Source: an uncultured Aquifex sp. | GTDB lineage: Bacteria > Aquificota > Aquificia > Aquificales > QOAS01 | Assembly (NCBI GenBank): GCA_964571355.1 | Contig: CAZNBH010000001.1 | Location: 1 to 28,133, forward strand | Length of the DNA: 28,133 nt | Direction of reading: 5' to 3' | In this document: in pieces, positions 7,914 through 16,538 of the stretch | Position numbering within the stretch: position 1 is the first letter of the stretch | Layout: each line of letters opens with the position of its first letter | The notes under the pieces: generated by a model | Seen by the model: the letters and a program-made list of their open reading frames with translations, nothing else | Told to the model about the DNA's origin: nothing | Databases searched by the model: none | Made by a program: the position numbers and the translations under genes

Positions 7914-8699
7914 ATGTTAAGAGCTCTTTGGACCGCCGCCACCGGCATGACCGCCCAGCAGGAGAACATCGACGTTATCGCCAACAACATAGCCAACGTC
8001 AATACCACAGGCTATAAAAAAATGAGGGCTGCCTTTCAGGATTTGCTCTATCAAGAAGTGGAACAGCCGGGGGTTCCCACCTCCGACACCACCCAAAATC
8101 CGACCGGAACCCAAATAGGATTGGGAACCCGCATCGCGGGCACCTACGGGATTTTTACCCAAGGAAATCTGATAAAGACCGATAGACAGCTCGACGTTGC
8201 GATAGAGGGGGATGGTTTCTTTAAAGTGCTCCTTCCCGACGGAACCGAAGCCTATACGAGGGACGGAAACTTTAAACTCGATAGGGATGGGAGAATAGTC
8301 ACCTCCGACGGCTATCCCCTATCACCCCAGATAACCGTTCCGTCCAACGCCGTACAAATATCGATTTCCCCCGACGGGAAGGTAGTAGCCATCTTGGACG
8401 ACAACACCACCACCGAGTTGGGTAGGATAACTTTAACCAAGTTCATCAATCCCGCCGGTTTGAAGAGGATAGGGAATAACCTCTATTTAAAAACCGACGC
8501 CTCGGGAGACCCTATAGAGGCTAACCCCGGAACCCAGGGGCTTGGGGTTTTGAGGCAGGGCTTTTTGGAAGCCTCCAACGTCGATATAGTCGAGGAGATG
8601 ATAAACTTAATTACCGCCCAGAGGGCTTACGAGTTCAATGCAAAAGCTATCCGTGCCGGCGATGAAATGCTTAAAACCGTTGCCAACCTACGCCCTTAG
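7914..8699 (+). CDS. flgG: Flagellar distal rod protein FlgG
   Basis: [12 protein letters not shown]...[21 protein letters not shown] and [27 protein letters not shown]; 261 aa. Confidence 0.95.
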   Translation: MLRALWTAATGMTAQQENIDVIANNIANVNTTGYKKMRAAFQDLLYQEVEQPGVPTSDTTQNPTGTQIGLGTRIAGTYGIFTQGNLIKTDRQLDVAIEGDGFFKVLLPDGTEAYTRDGNFKLDRDGRIVTSDGYPLSPQITVPSNAVQISISPDGKVVAILDDNTTTELGRITLTKFINPAGLKRIGNNLYLKTDASGDPIEANPGTQGLGVLRQGFLEASNVDIVEEMINLITAQRAYEFNAKAIRAGDEMLKTVANLRP

Positions 8700-9165
8700 T
8701 TTTTTTCTTCTTTTAATACCCTTGTCGGTCTTTTCTTTTGAAATAACCAAAAAAGAGCTTGAAAAAATAGCCTGTTCCCAGTTGAGGAACCTATACTCGA
8801 ATGTAACCTGCAAGGGGATTATCTTTTACGGAAACCGTCTCAAGTTGGAGGGTGAAGGGTACCTCTTTATGGTAAAAAAATCGGGGAATTCCTTCCTCCT
8901 CGAGGTGGTAGACCCGAAAACTCTAAAACCGGTGAGGGTAATACCGATAAAAACCGATTCCACTACGGGGGAAAATCGAAAAAAAGGAATCCCTTACGGG
9001 AAAAAGGTAAAGGTTATTTTCATCAACGGGAACATAAGGATAGAAACGGACGGCGTAGTGGTGGGAAAAGGTTATAGCGATAACACCGTAAAGGTGAAGG
9101 TGGGTAAAAAATACTTTGTAGGAGTTTTACAAAATGAGGATACCGTTGTTGTTAGGCTTTATTAG
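8662..9165 (+). CDS. flgA: Short FlgA-like P-ring assembly chaperone
   Basis: Lies between flgG and flgH. Has a signal peptide ([18 protein letters not shown]) and a C-terminus [33 protein letters not shown] resembling the FlgA C-domain. Confidence 0.6.
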   Translation: MKCLKPLPTYALSFFLLLIPLSVFSFEITKKELEKIACSQLRNLYSNVTCKGIIFYGNRLKLEGEGYLFMVKKSGNSFLLEVVDPKTLKPVRVIPIKTDSTTGENRKKGIPYGKKVKVIFINGNIRIETDGVVVGKGYSDNTVKVKVGKKYFVGVLQNEDTVVVRLY

Positions 9166-9832
9166 TTTGTCCTTTCTTTTTGGGTGCGCCCCACCGGAGC
9201 AAAACCTCCCTCCCCTCAACAAGGATAAAGCCTATACCGACTACGAGAAAACCGTAACAACCCCAAACCCTTATAGGGAACAACCCACCCAGGCGAGTTG
9301 GGGAAACTCCCTTTACAGCGACCGTTTCAACCTTTACAGCGACGTTAAGGCTTATAAGCGGGGAGATATTGTTTACATAATCGTTTACGAGAGTATAGAC
9401 GCCATTCAAAAATTGGCAACCCAAACCGGTCAACAACATCAGGTAAACAATGCTGTAAGTTCCTTTTTCGGGGTTCACCCCGCTACTTTGAGGAATTTGG
9501 GGGTAAACTGGCAATACCAATCGGGGTCCAAATACAGCGGAACCACCCAACAGAGCGGAATCTTGACAACCCGCCTTGCGGCTTATGTTAAAAAGGTTTA
9601 TCCCAACGGGAACCTATTAATAGAGGCGGTTAGATATATAAGGATTAACGAGGCAGGTCACAAGATAATCCTACGGGGAATAGTTAGGCCCGAGGATATA
9701 GGTCCCGATAACTCGGTTCCCTCCTCGAGGATAGCCAACCTCGAAATCATTTATAACGGCAAGGGATATATGGTAGACGCCTCCTCACCCGGTTGGTTTA
9801 CCCGCTTCTTATCCAAAATTTGGCCTTTTTAA
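9134..9832 (+). CDS. flgH: Flagellar L-ring lipoprotein FlgH
   Basis: Lipobox LFGC, LYSDVKAYKRGDIVYI, VYPNGNLLIEA, LRGIVRPEDI and GWFTRFLSKIWPF. Confidence 0.93.
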   Translation: MRIPLLLGFISLSFLFGCAPPEQNLPPLNKDKAYTDYEKTVTTPNPYREQPTQASWGNSLYSDRFNLYSDVKAYKRGDIVYIIVYESIDAIQKLATQTGQQHQVNNAVSSFFGVHPATLRNLGVNWQYQSGSKYSGTTQQSGILTTRLAAYVKKVYPNGNLLIEAVRYIRINEAGHKIILRGIVRPEDIGPDNSVPSSRIANLEIIYNGKGYMVDASSPGWFTRFLSKIWPF

Positions 9833-9939
9833 TTTTAGCAAACTTTTTCTGCGATTTTCCTTATCCTTTTATTTGAAATCCATTTCCACGATATAGCAAT
9901 ATAGGCTTTTAAAGAAAACTTAACAAAAGGGGGATTAAA

Positions 9940-10281
9940 ATGTTGGTAGCCTTTATAGTATTTGTAGTAGCCCTTATAGCTACCGTTGTCCTCTTTTGGC
10001 TTATTGCCCTCCTATACGCCCCTAAGGGTGATTCTGTCGCAAAACACGTTCCCTACGAATGTGCGGTTCCTCCCGAAGGTCCTATGCCTAAAAAATCCAA
10101 CTTTAGGTATTACTTCTTTGGAATTTTGTTCCTCGCAATGGATATGGTCGGAATGTTTATAGCTTTGGAAGTAATAACTAATGGAAAAAACCTATGGATT
10201 TATTTACTCTTTGTAATACCCCTACTCATCGCCATCTGGCACATCATAGGAGGTAAAAGGTATGTTGACCAAGTTTCTTGA
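9940..10281 (+). CDS. nuoA: Complex I-like subunit A (NuoA/FpoA)
   Basis: Three TM helices, loop PYECAVPP and FRYYFFGILFLAMD. Confidence 0.85.
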   Translation: MLVAFIVFVVALIATVVLFWLIALLYAPKGDSVAKHVPYECAVPPEGPMPKKSNFRYYFFGILFLAMDMVGMFIALEVITNGKNLWIYLLFVIPLLIAIWHIIGGKRYVDQVS

Positions 10282-10792
10282 TTTCTTCGGATGGGCAAGG
10301 GCAAACAGCCCGTGGATGGTTCACTACTGCTCGGGCTGTTGCTCTTTGGAAATATTGGCATTGATGGGACCCCGTTTTGACTGGGAGCGTTACGGTTTTC
10401 TCCCCGTTCCCTCGCCGAGGCAAGCCGACTTTATAGTTATAACCGGTTTGATATCCCGTAAAGTTTTGCCCGTTCTATTGATGACCTACGACCAAATGCC
10501 AAAACCCCGTTATGTTTTTGCCATAGGGGCGTGCGCCTTTGACGGAGGTCCTTACTATGACTCCACTTCGGTGGTTACCAACGTTCCCGAAATATTGCCC
10601 CCCGATGTATTTGTAGCCGGATGCCCTCCCACCCCCGAAGCTATTTTGGAAGGTCTATTGGAAATGAAAAAGATAATCCGCGAAAAGAGGGAGGCGAGGG
10701 CCGAAAAGGAAGGCACTTGGAGGGAAATCTTAAAGCAGGAACTCGAAAAGAATCCCTTACTATCGCAACAACCTTTCTTCGTAGGCGGTTAA
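10262..10792 (+). CDS. nuoB: Complex I-like Fe-S subunit B (NuoB / hydrogenase small-subunit family)
   Basis: CSGCCSLE, SPRQADFIVITG, QMPKPRYVFAIGACA and DVFVAGCPPTPEA. Confidence 0.92.
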   Translation: MLTKFLDFFGWARANSPWMVHYCSGCCSLEILALMGPRFDWERYGFLPVPSPRQADFIVITGLISRKVLPVLLMTYDQMPKPRYVFAIGACAFDGGPYYDSTSVVTNVPEILPPDVFVAGCPPTPEAILEGLLEMKKIIREKREARAEKEGTWREILKQELEKNPLLSQQPFFVGG

Positions 10793-10855
10793 ATCTTGAC
10801 AACCTCGGCGGGTTCTTTTTTATCTTATTTTCAATTTTTCCCACGGAGGAGTTAA

Positions 10856-11320
10856 ATGGGCTTCGAAGGTTTTGCCAAGCTTATGAAAACCTATTTTGGG
10901 ATAGAGGGTAAAGAATACCCCCAAAATAGGGTTGCAAAAACCTATCTATTCGAAATACAACCGCAGCATATCAGAGAAGTTGCAAAACTTTTAAAGGAAC
11001 AGGGATTTGTTTTTTTCCATACCTTGGCACCGGTGGATTATTCCCCCAAGGGGAGGGGTTTGGAGCTCAATTACTTCTTTGAAAACCCCGAAGAGGAAAT
11101 TTGGGTTTTAATAAGGACCGAAATCCCTTTGGAGAATCCCGAAATAGACTCCATTCACGACATCTTTCCCGCCCTCGAGGCCTGCGAAAGGGAGGAGTGG
11201 GAAAAGTTTGGAATTCAGTTTAAAGGTCATCCGAGACTTAAACCGATGCTCTTGGACGACACCCTCCAAGGGAAGTGGGTTCAGAGAAAGGCTTACATTC
11301 CCGAACCCCATAGAAAGTAA
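10856..11320 (+). CDS. nuoC: Complex I-like subunit C (NuoC)
   Basis: ELNYFF, IDSIHDIFP and CEREEWEKFGIQFKGHPRL; GGAGGA SD. Confidence 0.88.
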   Translation: MGFEGFAKLMKTYFGIEGKEYPQNRVAKTYLFEIQPQHIREVAKLLKEQGFVFFHTLAPVDYSPKGRGLELNYFFENPEEEIWVLIRTEIPLENPEIDSIHDIFPALEACEREEWEKFGIQFKGHPRLKPMLLDDTLQGKWVQRKAYIPEPHRK

Positions 11321-11331
11321 GGAGGTCGGTT

Positions 11332-12459
11332 ATGTACAAAGGTGCACAGATAATAACGCAAGAAATAGGTCGCGAAGGGGACTTAATGGTCCTCAACTGG
11401 GGTGTTCAGCACCCCGCCTCGGGACCTATGAGGATTAAAGTATGGCTCGACGGGGAGACCATAGTTAAAGTTGAAAACGACCCCGGCTACGTTACCCGCA
11501 ATCTCGAAAAGTTACTCGAATACCGAACCTGGGAAAATGCGGTGGTAAACGTCGAAAGGATTTGCTTTATAGATGACCTCGGAACGATTTTAAACTGGGC
11601 TCTGGCGGTGGAAAAGTTGGCGGAGGTAGAAGTTCCCAAAAATGTTCAATACTTCAGGGTAATCCTTGCAGAGGTGGGGAGGATAGTTTCCCACCTTATA
11701 GGAATAGGTGGTATGTTCGGAGCCCTGGGGGTTGCAACCCCCATGATGTGGGTATTGGCTTTAAGGGAATATTTCCTCGATTTCCTCGAACACTACTCCG
11801 GTTATAGGATTTCCACCGCCGCCATAGTGCCCGGTGGTGTGAGGTTTGAACCCACCAAGGAGGATTTTGAACTCCTCAAAAAGGCTATAGAGGAAACCGA
11901 AAGGCGCTGGCCCGAATACAAAGAGGTGTTTAAAGATAACCCCACCCTTGTGGAGAGGTACAAAGGTGTTGGAGTAATCCCTAAGGAGTTGGTTTATGAA
12001 CTAGGGCTTAGGGGACCCGTTGCAAGGGCTTCCGGTGTCGATTACGACCTTAGGAAAAAGTACCCCTATAGCTCCTACGAGGATTTCGAGTTTAACGTAA
12101 TCGTAAAAGAGGAGGGGGACGCCTACGCGAGATTTCTCGTAGTTCTCGAGGAAATAGAGGAATCACTAAAAATCATTAAGCAGGCTTTGGAAGGTATGCC
12201 CGAAGGGGATAAATGGAAGGTGAGGATGCCCAAGAAGGTAAAAGCCGGAGAAGCCTATTCCGCTGTCGAATGGGCGAGGGGAGGAATGGAGTACTTCGTT
12301 GTAAGCGACGGCGGAACGGGTCCTTATAGGGTAAAAATTTCTGCACCGTCCTTTATGAATATTTGGGCATTGGAAAAAATAGCACCGGGACATAAATTGG
12401 CCGACCTCGCCGCTATATTCGCAAGCCTTTACATTTGCCACGGAGACCTCGATAGATAA
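11332..12459 (+). CDS. nuoD: Complex I-like subunit D (NuoD/FpoD/MbsL family; not a four-Cys NiFe subunit)
   Basis: NWGVQHP, ERICFIDD, VPGGVR, GPVARASGVDYDLRK, EGDAYAR, SDGGTGPYRVKI and C-terminal ICHGDLDR. Confidence 0.92.
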   Translation: MYKGAQIITQEIGREGDLMVLNWGVQHPASGPMRIKVWLDGETIVKVENDPGYVTRNLEKLLEYRTWENAVVNVERICFIDDLGTILNWALAVEKLAEVEVPKNVQYFRVILAEVGRIVSHLIGIGGMFGALGVATPMMWVLALREYFLDFLEHYSGYRISTAAIVPGGVRFEPTKEDFELLKKAIEETERRWPEYKEVFKDNPTLVERYKGVGVIPKELVYELGLRGPVARASGVDYDLRKKYPYSSYEDFEFNVIVKEEGDAYARFLVVLEEIEESLKIIKQALEGMPEGDKWKVRMPKKVKAGEAYSAVEWARGGMEYFVVSDGGTGPYRVKISAPSFMNIWALEKIAPGHKLADLAAIFASLYICHGDLDR

Positions 12460-12472
12460 AGGAGGGGCAGTT

Positions 12473-13429
12473 ATGGAACAAATCAACTGGGGTTGGATTT
12501 TGTTTAAAACCCTTGTGTTTCCCGGGGTAACTTTCCTCCTACTGGTAATCTTTGCAACTTTTTACCTCGAGAGGAAGCTCGTCGCCGACATGCACGGTAG
12601 AACGGGACCTTACTACGTAGGCCCTTACGGAATACTCCAAACGGTTGCCGATATCTTCAAAATCCTCCAAAAGGAAGTAATAATTCACAGGGATGCCGAT
12701 AAGTTTCTATTCCTAATAGTTCCCGCCGTTGCGTTCCTTATGGTTGCCCTTGTAGCCGCCTTTATTCCCTACGACGAAAACCTCTGGATAGTATCGACAC
12801 CGTATGACCTCGTCATCTCGTTGGCACTCCTTACATCGCTACCTGCAATTTTCCTATTTGCGGGATGGGTTTCTAGGAGTAAATACCCCTTCATAGGTGG
12901 GATTAGGGTTATAAACCAGCTAATTTCCGGGGAAATTCCTTTATGGCTGGCGGGATTGTCGGTAGCGTTGTGGTATGGAACCTTTAACTATTTGGAAATC
13001 GTTCATAAATTCGACCTAATAGGCTTTCTGGTAAATCTTGTAGGCTTCGCAATCTTTTTAGTGGCTATTCTTATAGTTGCCGATAGACCTCCCTTCGATA
13101 TTCCCGAAGCGGAACAGGAAATTGTTTACGGGTTCCTAACCGAGTATACAGGGGTTGGTTATCTCCTATTGGCGGGTGCTAAATTCCTCGAAGTTTTCGT
13201 ATTGGCGGCTATGACCGTTACCCTCTTCTTGGGTGGATTTAAAGGTCCTTTTCTTCCCGGATGGGTATGGTTTTTGATAAAGGTATTTGCGGTTTACTAC
13301 CTGGCATTCGCCATTAGGGCTTCTACCCCACGGATTAGGCTCGACCAACTGATAAGGTTTACCTGGATTGTATTGGTTCCTTTAGCGTTGTTAAACATCG
13401 TTTTGATACTCTTAATCAAAGCACTTTAA
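12473..13429 (+). CDS. nuoH: Complex I-like subunit H (NuoH)
   Basis: YLERK...GRTGP, DIFKILQKE and RPPFDIPEAEQE...TEYTG; about 8 TM. Confidence 0.93.
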   Translation: MEQINWGWILFKTLVFPGVTFLLLVIFATFYLERKLVADMHGRTGPYYVGPYGILQTVADIFKILQKEVIIHRDADKFLFLIVPAVAFLMVALVAAFIPYDENLWIVSTPYDLVISLALLTSLPAIFLFAGWVSRSKYPFIGGIRVINQLISGEIPLWLAGLSVALWYGTFNYLEIVHKFDLIGFLVNLVGFAIFLVAILIVADRPPFDIPEAEQEIVYGFLTEYTGVGYLLLAGAKFLEVFVLAAMTVTLFLGGFKGPFLPGWVWFLIKVFAVYYLAFAIRASTPRIRLDQLIRFTWIVLVPLALLNIVLILLIKAL

Positions 13430-13441
13430 AGGAGGTTTAAT

Positions 13442-13900
13442 ATGCTTGGAAGGGTTCTGGAAAAAATAGTTTTAGTAGCAACTAGGGCTGCAAAGCCCAA
13501 AGATACCACTTACATACACGATAAGGATAAAAGACCGGAAAAACCCCAACGTTTTAGGGGAAGGCACGTTATAAACGCAGAAACCTGTATAGGTTGTTAC
13601 GCCTGCGAGAGGGCCTGCCCTATAGGGGCGATTATTATGGTTCCCACCGGATTGAAAAGACCCCGCGCTATGCCGGTTGTTAATTTGGGAAGGTGTTGTT
13701 TTTGCGGACTTTGCGAGGACGCTTGTCCGACCAAGGAGAAATCGATATACCTAACGGAGGATTACGAAATTATGGTTGAAGAAATAGAGCTTACACCTTT
13801 GTTGGACGAGTTATGGGCAAAACCTATAGGGGATATAACCAAAAATCCCCTTGTTATAAAGGATTTACAAAAGGCTAAGGAAAAGAAGGAGGGTAAATAA
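13442..13900 (+). CDS. nuoI: Complex I-like 2x[4Fe-4S] subunit I (NuoI)
   Basis: FRGRH, CIGCYACERACP and CCFCGLCEDACP. Confidence 0.92.
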   Translation: MLGRVLEKIVLVATRAAKPKDTTYIHDKDKRPEKPQRFRGRHVINAETCIGCYACERACPIGAIIMVPTGLKRPRAMPVVNLGRCCFCGLCEDACPTKEKSIYLTEDYEIMVEEIELTPLLDELWAKPIGDITKNPLVIKDLQKAKEKKEGK

Positions 13901-14382
13901 TGCTCCTTTATTTCCTTATATTGTTTACTGTAGTAATAGCCACCGCCGTAGCGGCAATAGAGTTGAACAACCTCATTTGGGTATTGGTGGCATTTGCAAC
14001 CCTTTTAACCGAAATAGCCCTTTTCTATTTCTCCCTCGGTTTTCCCCTGTTGGGGGCTTTTCAATTGGCGGTTTACGCCGGTGGTGTTGCCATACTGGTG
14101 TTATTCGCAATTCTAACCATCGGAGAAAGGGAAGAGGAAAAGAGGGAAAGCAAACTTGCGGCGGGTGTTGCCATAGCCACCTTTATAACCGGACTGATAG
14201 CCTCCATTTGGGCGGGAATCCATACGAAGCCTTACCTCGATATTTCTCTAAAGGAATTGGGTGAGGTTTTTGTGGACAAATATGCCATTCTGGTAATTCC
14301 TTTGGGTTTTACGGCTGTAGGTATCATTTACGGGGCTTATTACTTGCTCGCCAAGAAATTGCAAAAGGAGGAGAGGGAATGA
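13900..14382 (+). CDS. nuoJ: Complex I-like subunit J (NuoJ)
   Basis: Five TM helices, QLAVYAGGVAIL; coupled to nuoI by a TAATG overlap. Confidence 0.85.
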   Translation: MLLYFLILFTVVIATAVAAIELNNLIWVLVAFATLLTEIALFYFSLGFPLLGAFQLAVYAGGVAILVLFAILTIGEREEEKRESKLAAGVAIATFITGLIASIWAGIHTKPYLDISLKELGEVFVDKYAILVIPLGFTAVGIIYGAYYLLAKKLQKEERE

Positions 14383-14690
14383 AGTTCACCCACGAACCGA
14401 TGCTTTGGTTTTTGTTGGTTGCAATTTCCTTAATGGCAATAGGTATCTACGGACTCCTATCGAGGAAATCTATCTTAAAAATGATTATTTCGATAGAGAT
14501 AATCGTAAACGGGGCAAATGTAGGTCTTGCCGCCTTTGCAACCCAACACGGAGCCGACGGGGTTATACTCGCATTTTTTGCAATAGCGCTTGCGGCCTTA
14601 GAGGTAGCGGTAGGTTTGACATTGCTAATTATCCTTGCCCGTAAATATGGTATTACCTTCCCCGAAAAATTAAACAACTTGAGGTGGTAG
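14379..14690 (+). CDS. nuoK: Complex I-like subunit K (NuoK)
   Basis: IGIYGLL, SIEIIVNG and ALEVAVGL (both conserved Glu). Confidence 0.9.
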   Translation: MKFTHEPMLWFLLVAISLMAIGIYGLLSRKSILKMIISIEIIVNGANVGLAAFATQHGADGVILAFFAIALAALEVAVGLTLLIILARKYGITFPEKLNNLRW

Positions 14691-14692
14691 GG

Positions 14693-16525
14693 ATGGAGAG
14701 CCTAATCTACCTATCGGTATTACTACCGATTTTTGGCGCGCCGTTGGTTTGGGCGATAAGCCATTACACCAACAAGTGGTATTCGTGGTACTTATCCCTT
14801 GCCATTACCGGTTTATCTGCCCTTATCGCCTTGGCAACCGTAATCGGTGTAGCCTCCGGTCATATCTATCAGCACTCCTTTACGTGGTTTGAATTCGGAA
14901 ACGTAAAAGTCCCCTTCGGGATTTATGTGGACGGTGTTAGCGCCGTTGTCTATTCCATGGCCGCCCTACTCGGGTTCCTCATAGTTATGTACTCCCGCGG
15001 TTATATGGAGCACGACGAAAGTCCCCATAGGTTCTTTATGAAGGTAACCTTTTTTATCGGCTCTATGCTCGGTCTGACCGTATCGGATAACCTCCTCGGG
15101 ATGTTTATCTTCTGGGAATTCATGGGATTGGCATCTTATCTCCTAATCTCCTACTGGTATTACAGGGAAGCTCCGGCGGCCGCGGGATTGAAAGCCTTTT
15201 TAATGACTAAATTCGCCGATGGCTTCTTCCTTGCGGGGATAATCCTCCTGTGGTGGTATGCCGGAACGCTAAACGTTCCCGAAATAAACCATTTGGCGGA
15301 AACCGCCGCTATACCCGTGATTATTGCCGCAATATCCGCGTTGCTAATGTTCGGCGGAGCTATCGGTAAATCGGCTCAGTTCCCCCTATTCCCATGGCTA
15401 CTGGACGCTATGGAAGGTCCCACTCCGGTGTCGGCATTAATCCACGCCGCAACTATGGTTAACGCCGGGGTGTTTTTGGTGGGCAGGCTCTTCGATTTCT
15501 ACGCCTACTCCAAAGTTCTTTACGTTATCCTCGCGATAGGTGCTCTTTCCGCTTTTATAGCAGTTCTCGGCGCAATGGTTCATAGAGAAATCAAGAAGAT
15601 TATCGCCTTCTCCACCATGGAAAACCTCGGTCTGATGTTTGTTGGTTTGGGAGCCGGTTCACTTGCGGCTGGTCTCTTCCACCTGGTATCCCACGCCACC
15701 TTTAAGGCTTTAATGTTCCTATCGGCGGGTAACGTTATCCACTTCACCCACGAAAAGGATGCGTTCAAACTCCGCGGTCTTATGAAGGTAATGCCCTATA
15801 CCGCAATCCTATTCCTAATAGCCGTGCTATCCCTATCGGGTATTCCCCCTCTAAGTGGATTCTTCTCCAAAGAGTGGATAGTTCACGAGGCAAAAGAGGC
15901 GGGAGACCCTATAGCCTTTGCGTTTGTTCTAACCGCAGCGGTTCTAACTATCTACTACGGCTTTAGGTTGTGGTTCCAAATTTTTACCGGTGAACCCAAT
16001 GAAAAAGCCAAACACGCAAGGGAAGCCTACCCCATAATGTTGATTCCTCTATTTGTATTGGCAACTTTAACCTTCCTTGTGGGTATATTCCATCAACCTA
16101 TAATCCATCTAATAGAGGAACACGCCCACATACCCCACGATTGGGCTTTCACCGCATTGATATTCTCGCTTATGGCTATCGCGTTTGGATTGGCATGGTT
16201 GATTTACTACAAGAGGGCAATCAATACCGAAGAGCTCTTAAAGGACCCTATAATGGCGGTATTGAACAAAACCTTCTATAACGCCTTTTTCGTAGACCAC
16301 ATCCTAAGGTGGCTTTCGAAGAATTTCGTTGTGGAATTCCTCGCATGGTTGGCCCACTGGATAGACCGTAACGTTTACGATTACATCGTCAACGGGGTTG
16401 CCAAAACCGCACTTTGGACTTGGGAAAAGGTTCGTGTTATCCAAACCGGTAACTTAATCCATTACCTAACCATATTCGTTAGTGGTGCGGTAATTCTTTA
16501 CTACCTCTACCTCGTAATACTTTAA
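14693..16525 (+). CDS. nuoL: Complex I-like antiporter subunit L (NuoL)
   Basis: WEFMGLASYLL and GKSAQFPLFPWLLDAMEGPTPVSALIHAATMV, with a long C-terminal helix and final TM. ATG 14693 is preferred over GTG 14684. Confidence 0.93.
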   Translation: MESLIYLSVLLPIFGAPLVWAISHYTNKWYSWYLSLAITGLSALIALATVIGVASGHIYQHSFTWFEFGNVKVPFGIYVDGVSAVVYSMAALLGFLIVMYSRGYMEHDESPHRFFMKVTFFIGSMLGLTVSDNLLGMFIFWEFMGLASYLLISYWYYREAPAAAGLKAFLMTKFADGFFLAGIILLWWYAGTLNVPEINHLAETAAIPVIIAAISALLMFGGAIGKSAQFPLFPWLLDAMEGPTPVSALIHAATMVNAGVFLVGRLFDFYAYSKVLYVILAIGALSAFIAVLGAMVHREIKKIIAFSTMENLGLMFVGLGAGSLAAGLFHLVSHATFKALMFLSAGNVIHFTHEKDAFKLRGLMKVMPYTAILFLIAVLSLSGIPPLSGFFSKEWIVHEAKEAGDPIAFAFVLTAAVLTIYYGFRLWFQIFTGEPNEKAKHAREAYPIMLIPLFVLATLTFLVGIFHQPIIHLIEEHAHIPHDWAFTALIFSLMAIAFGLAWLIYYKRAINTEELLKDPIMAVLNKTFYNAFFVDHILRWLSKNFVVEFLAWLAHWIDRNVYDYIVNGVAKTALWTWEKVRVIQTGNLIHYLTIFVSGAVILYYLYLVIL

Positions 16526-16538
16526 AGGGGGAAGGAAA

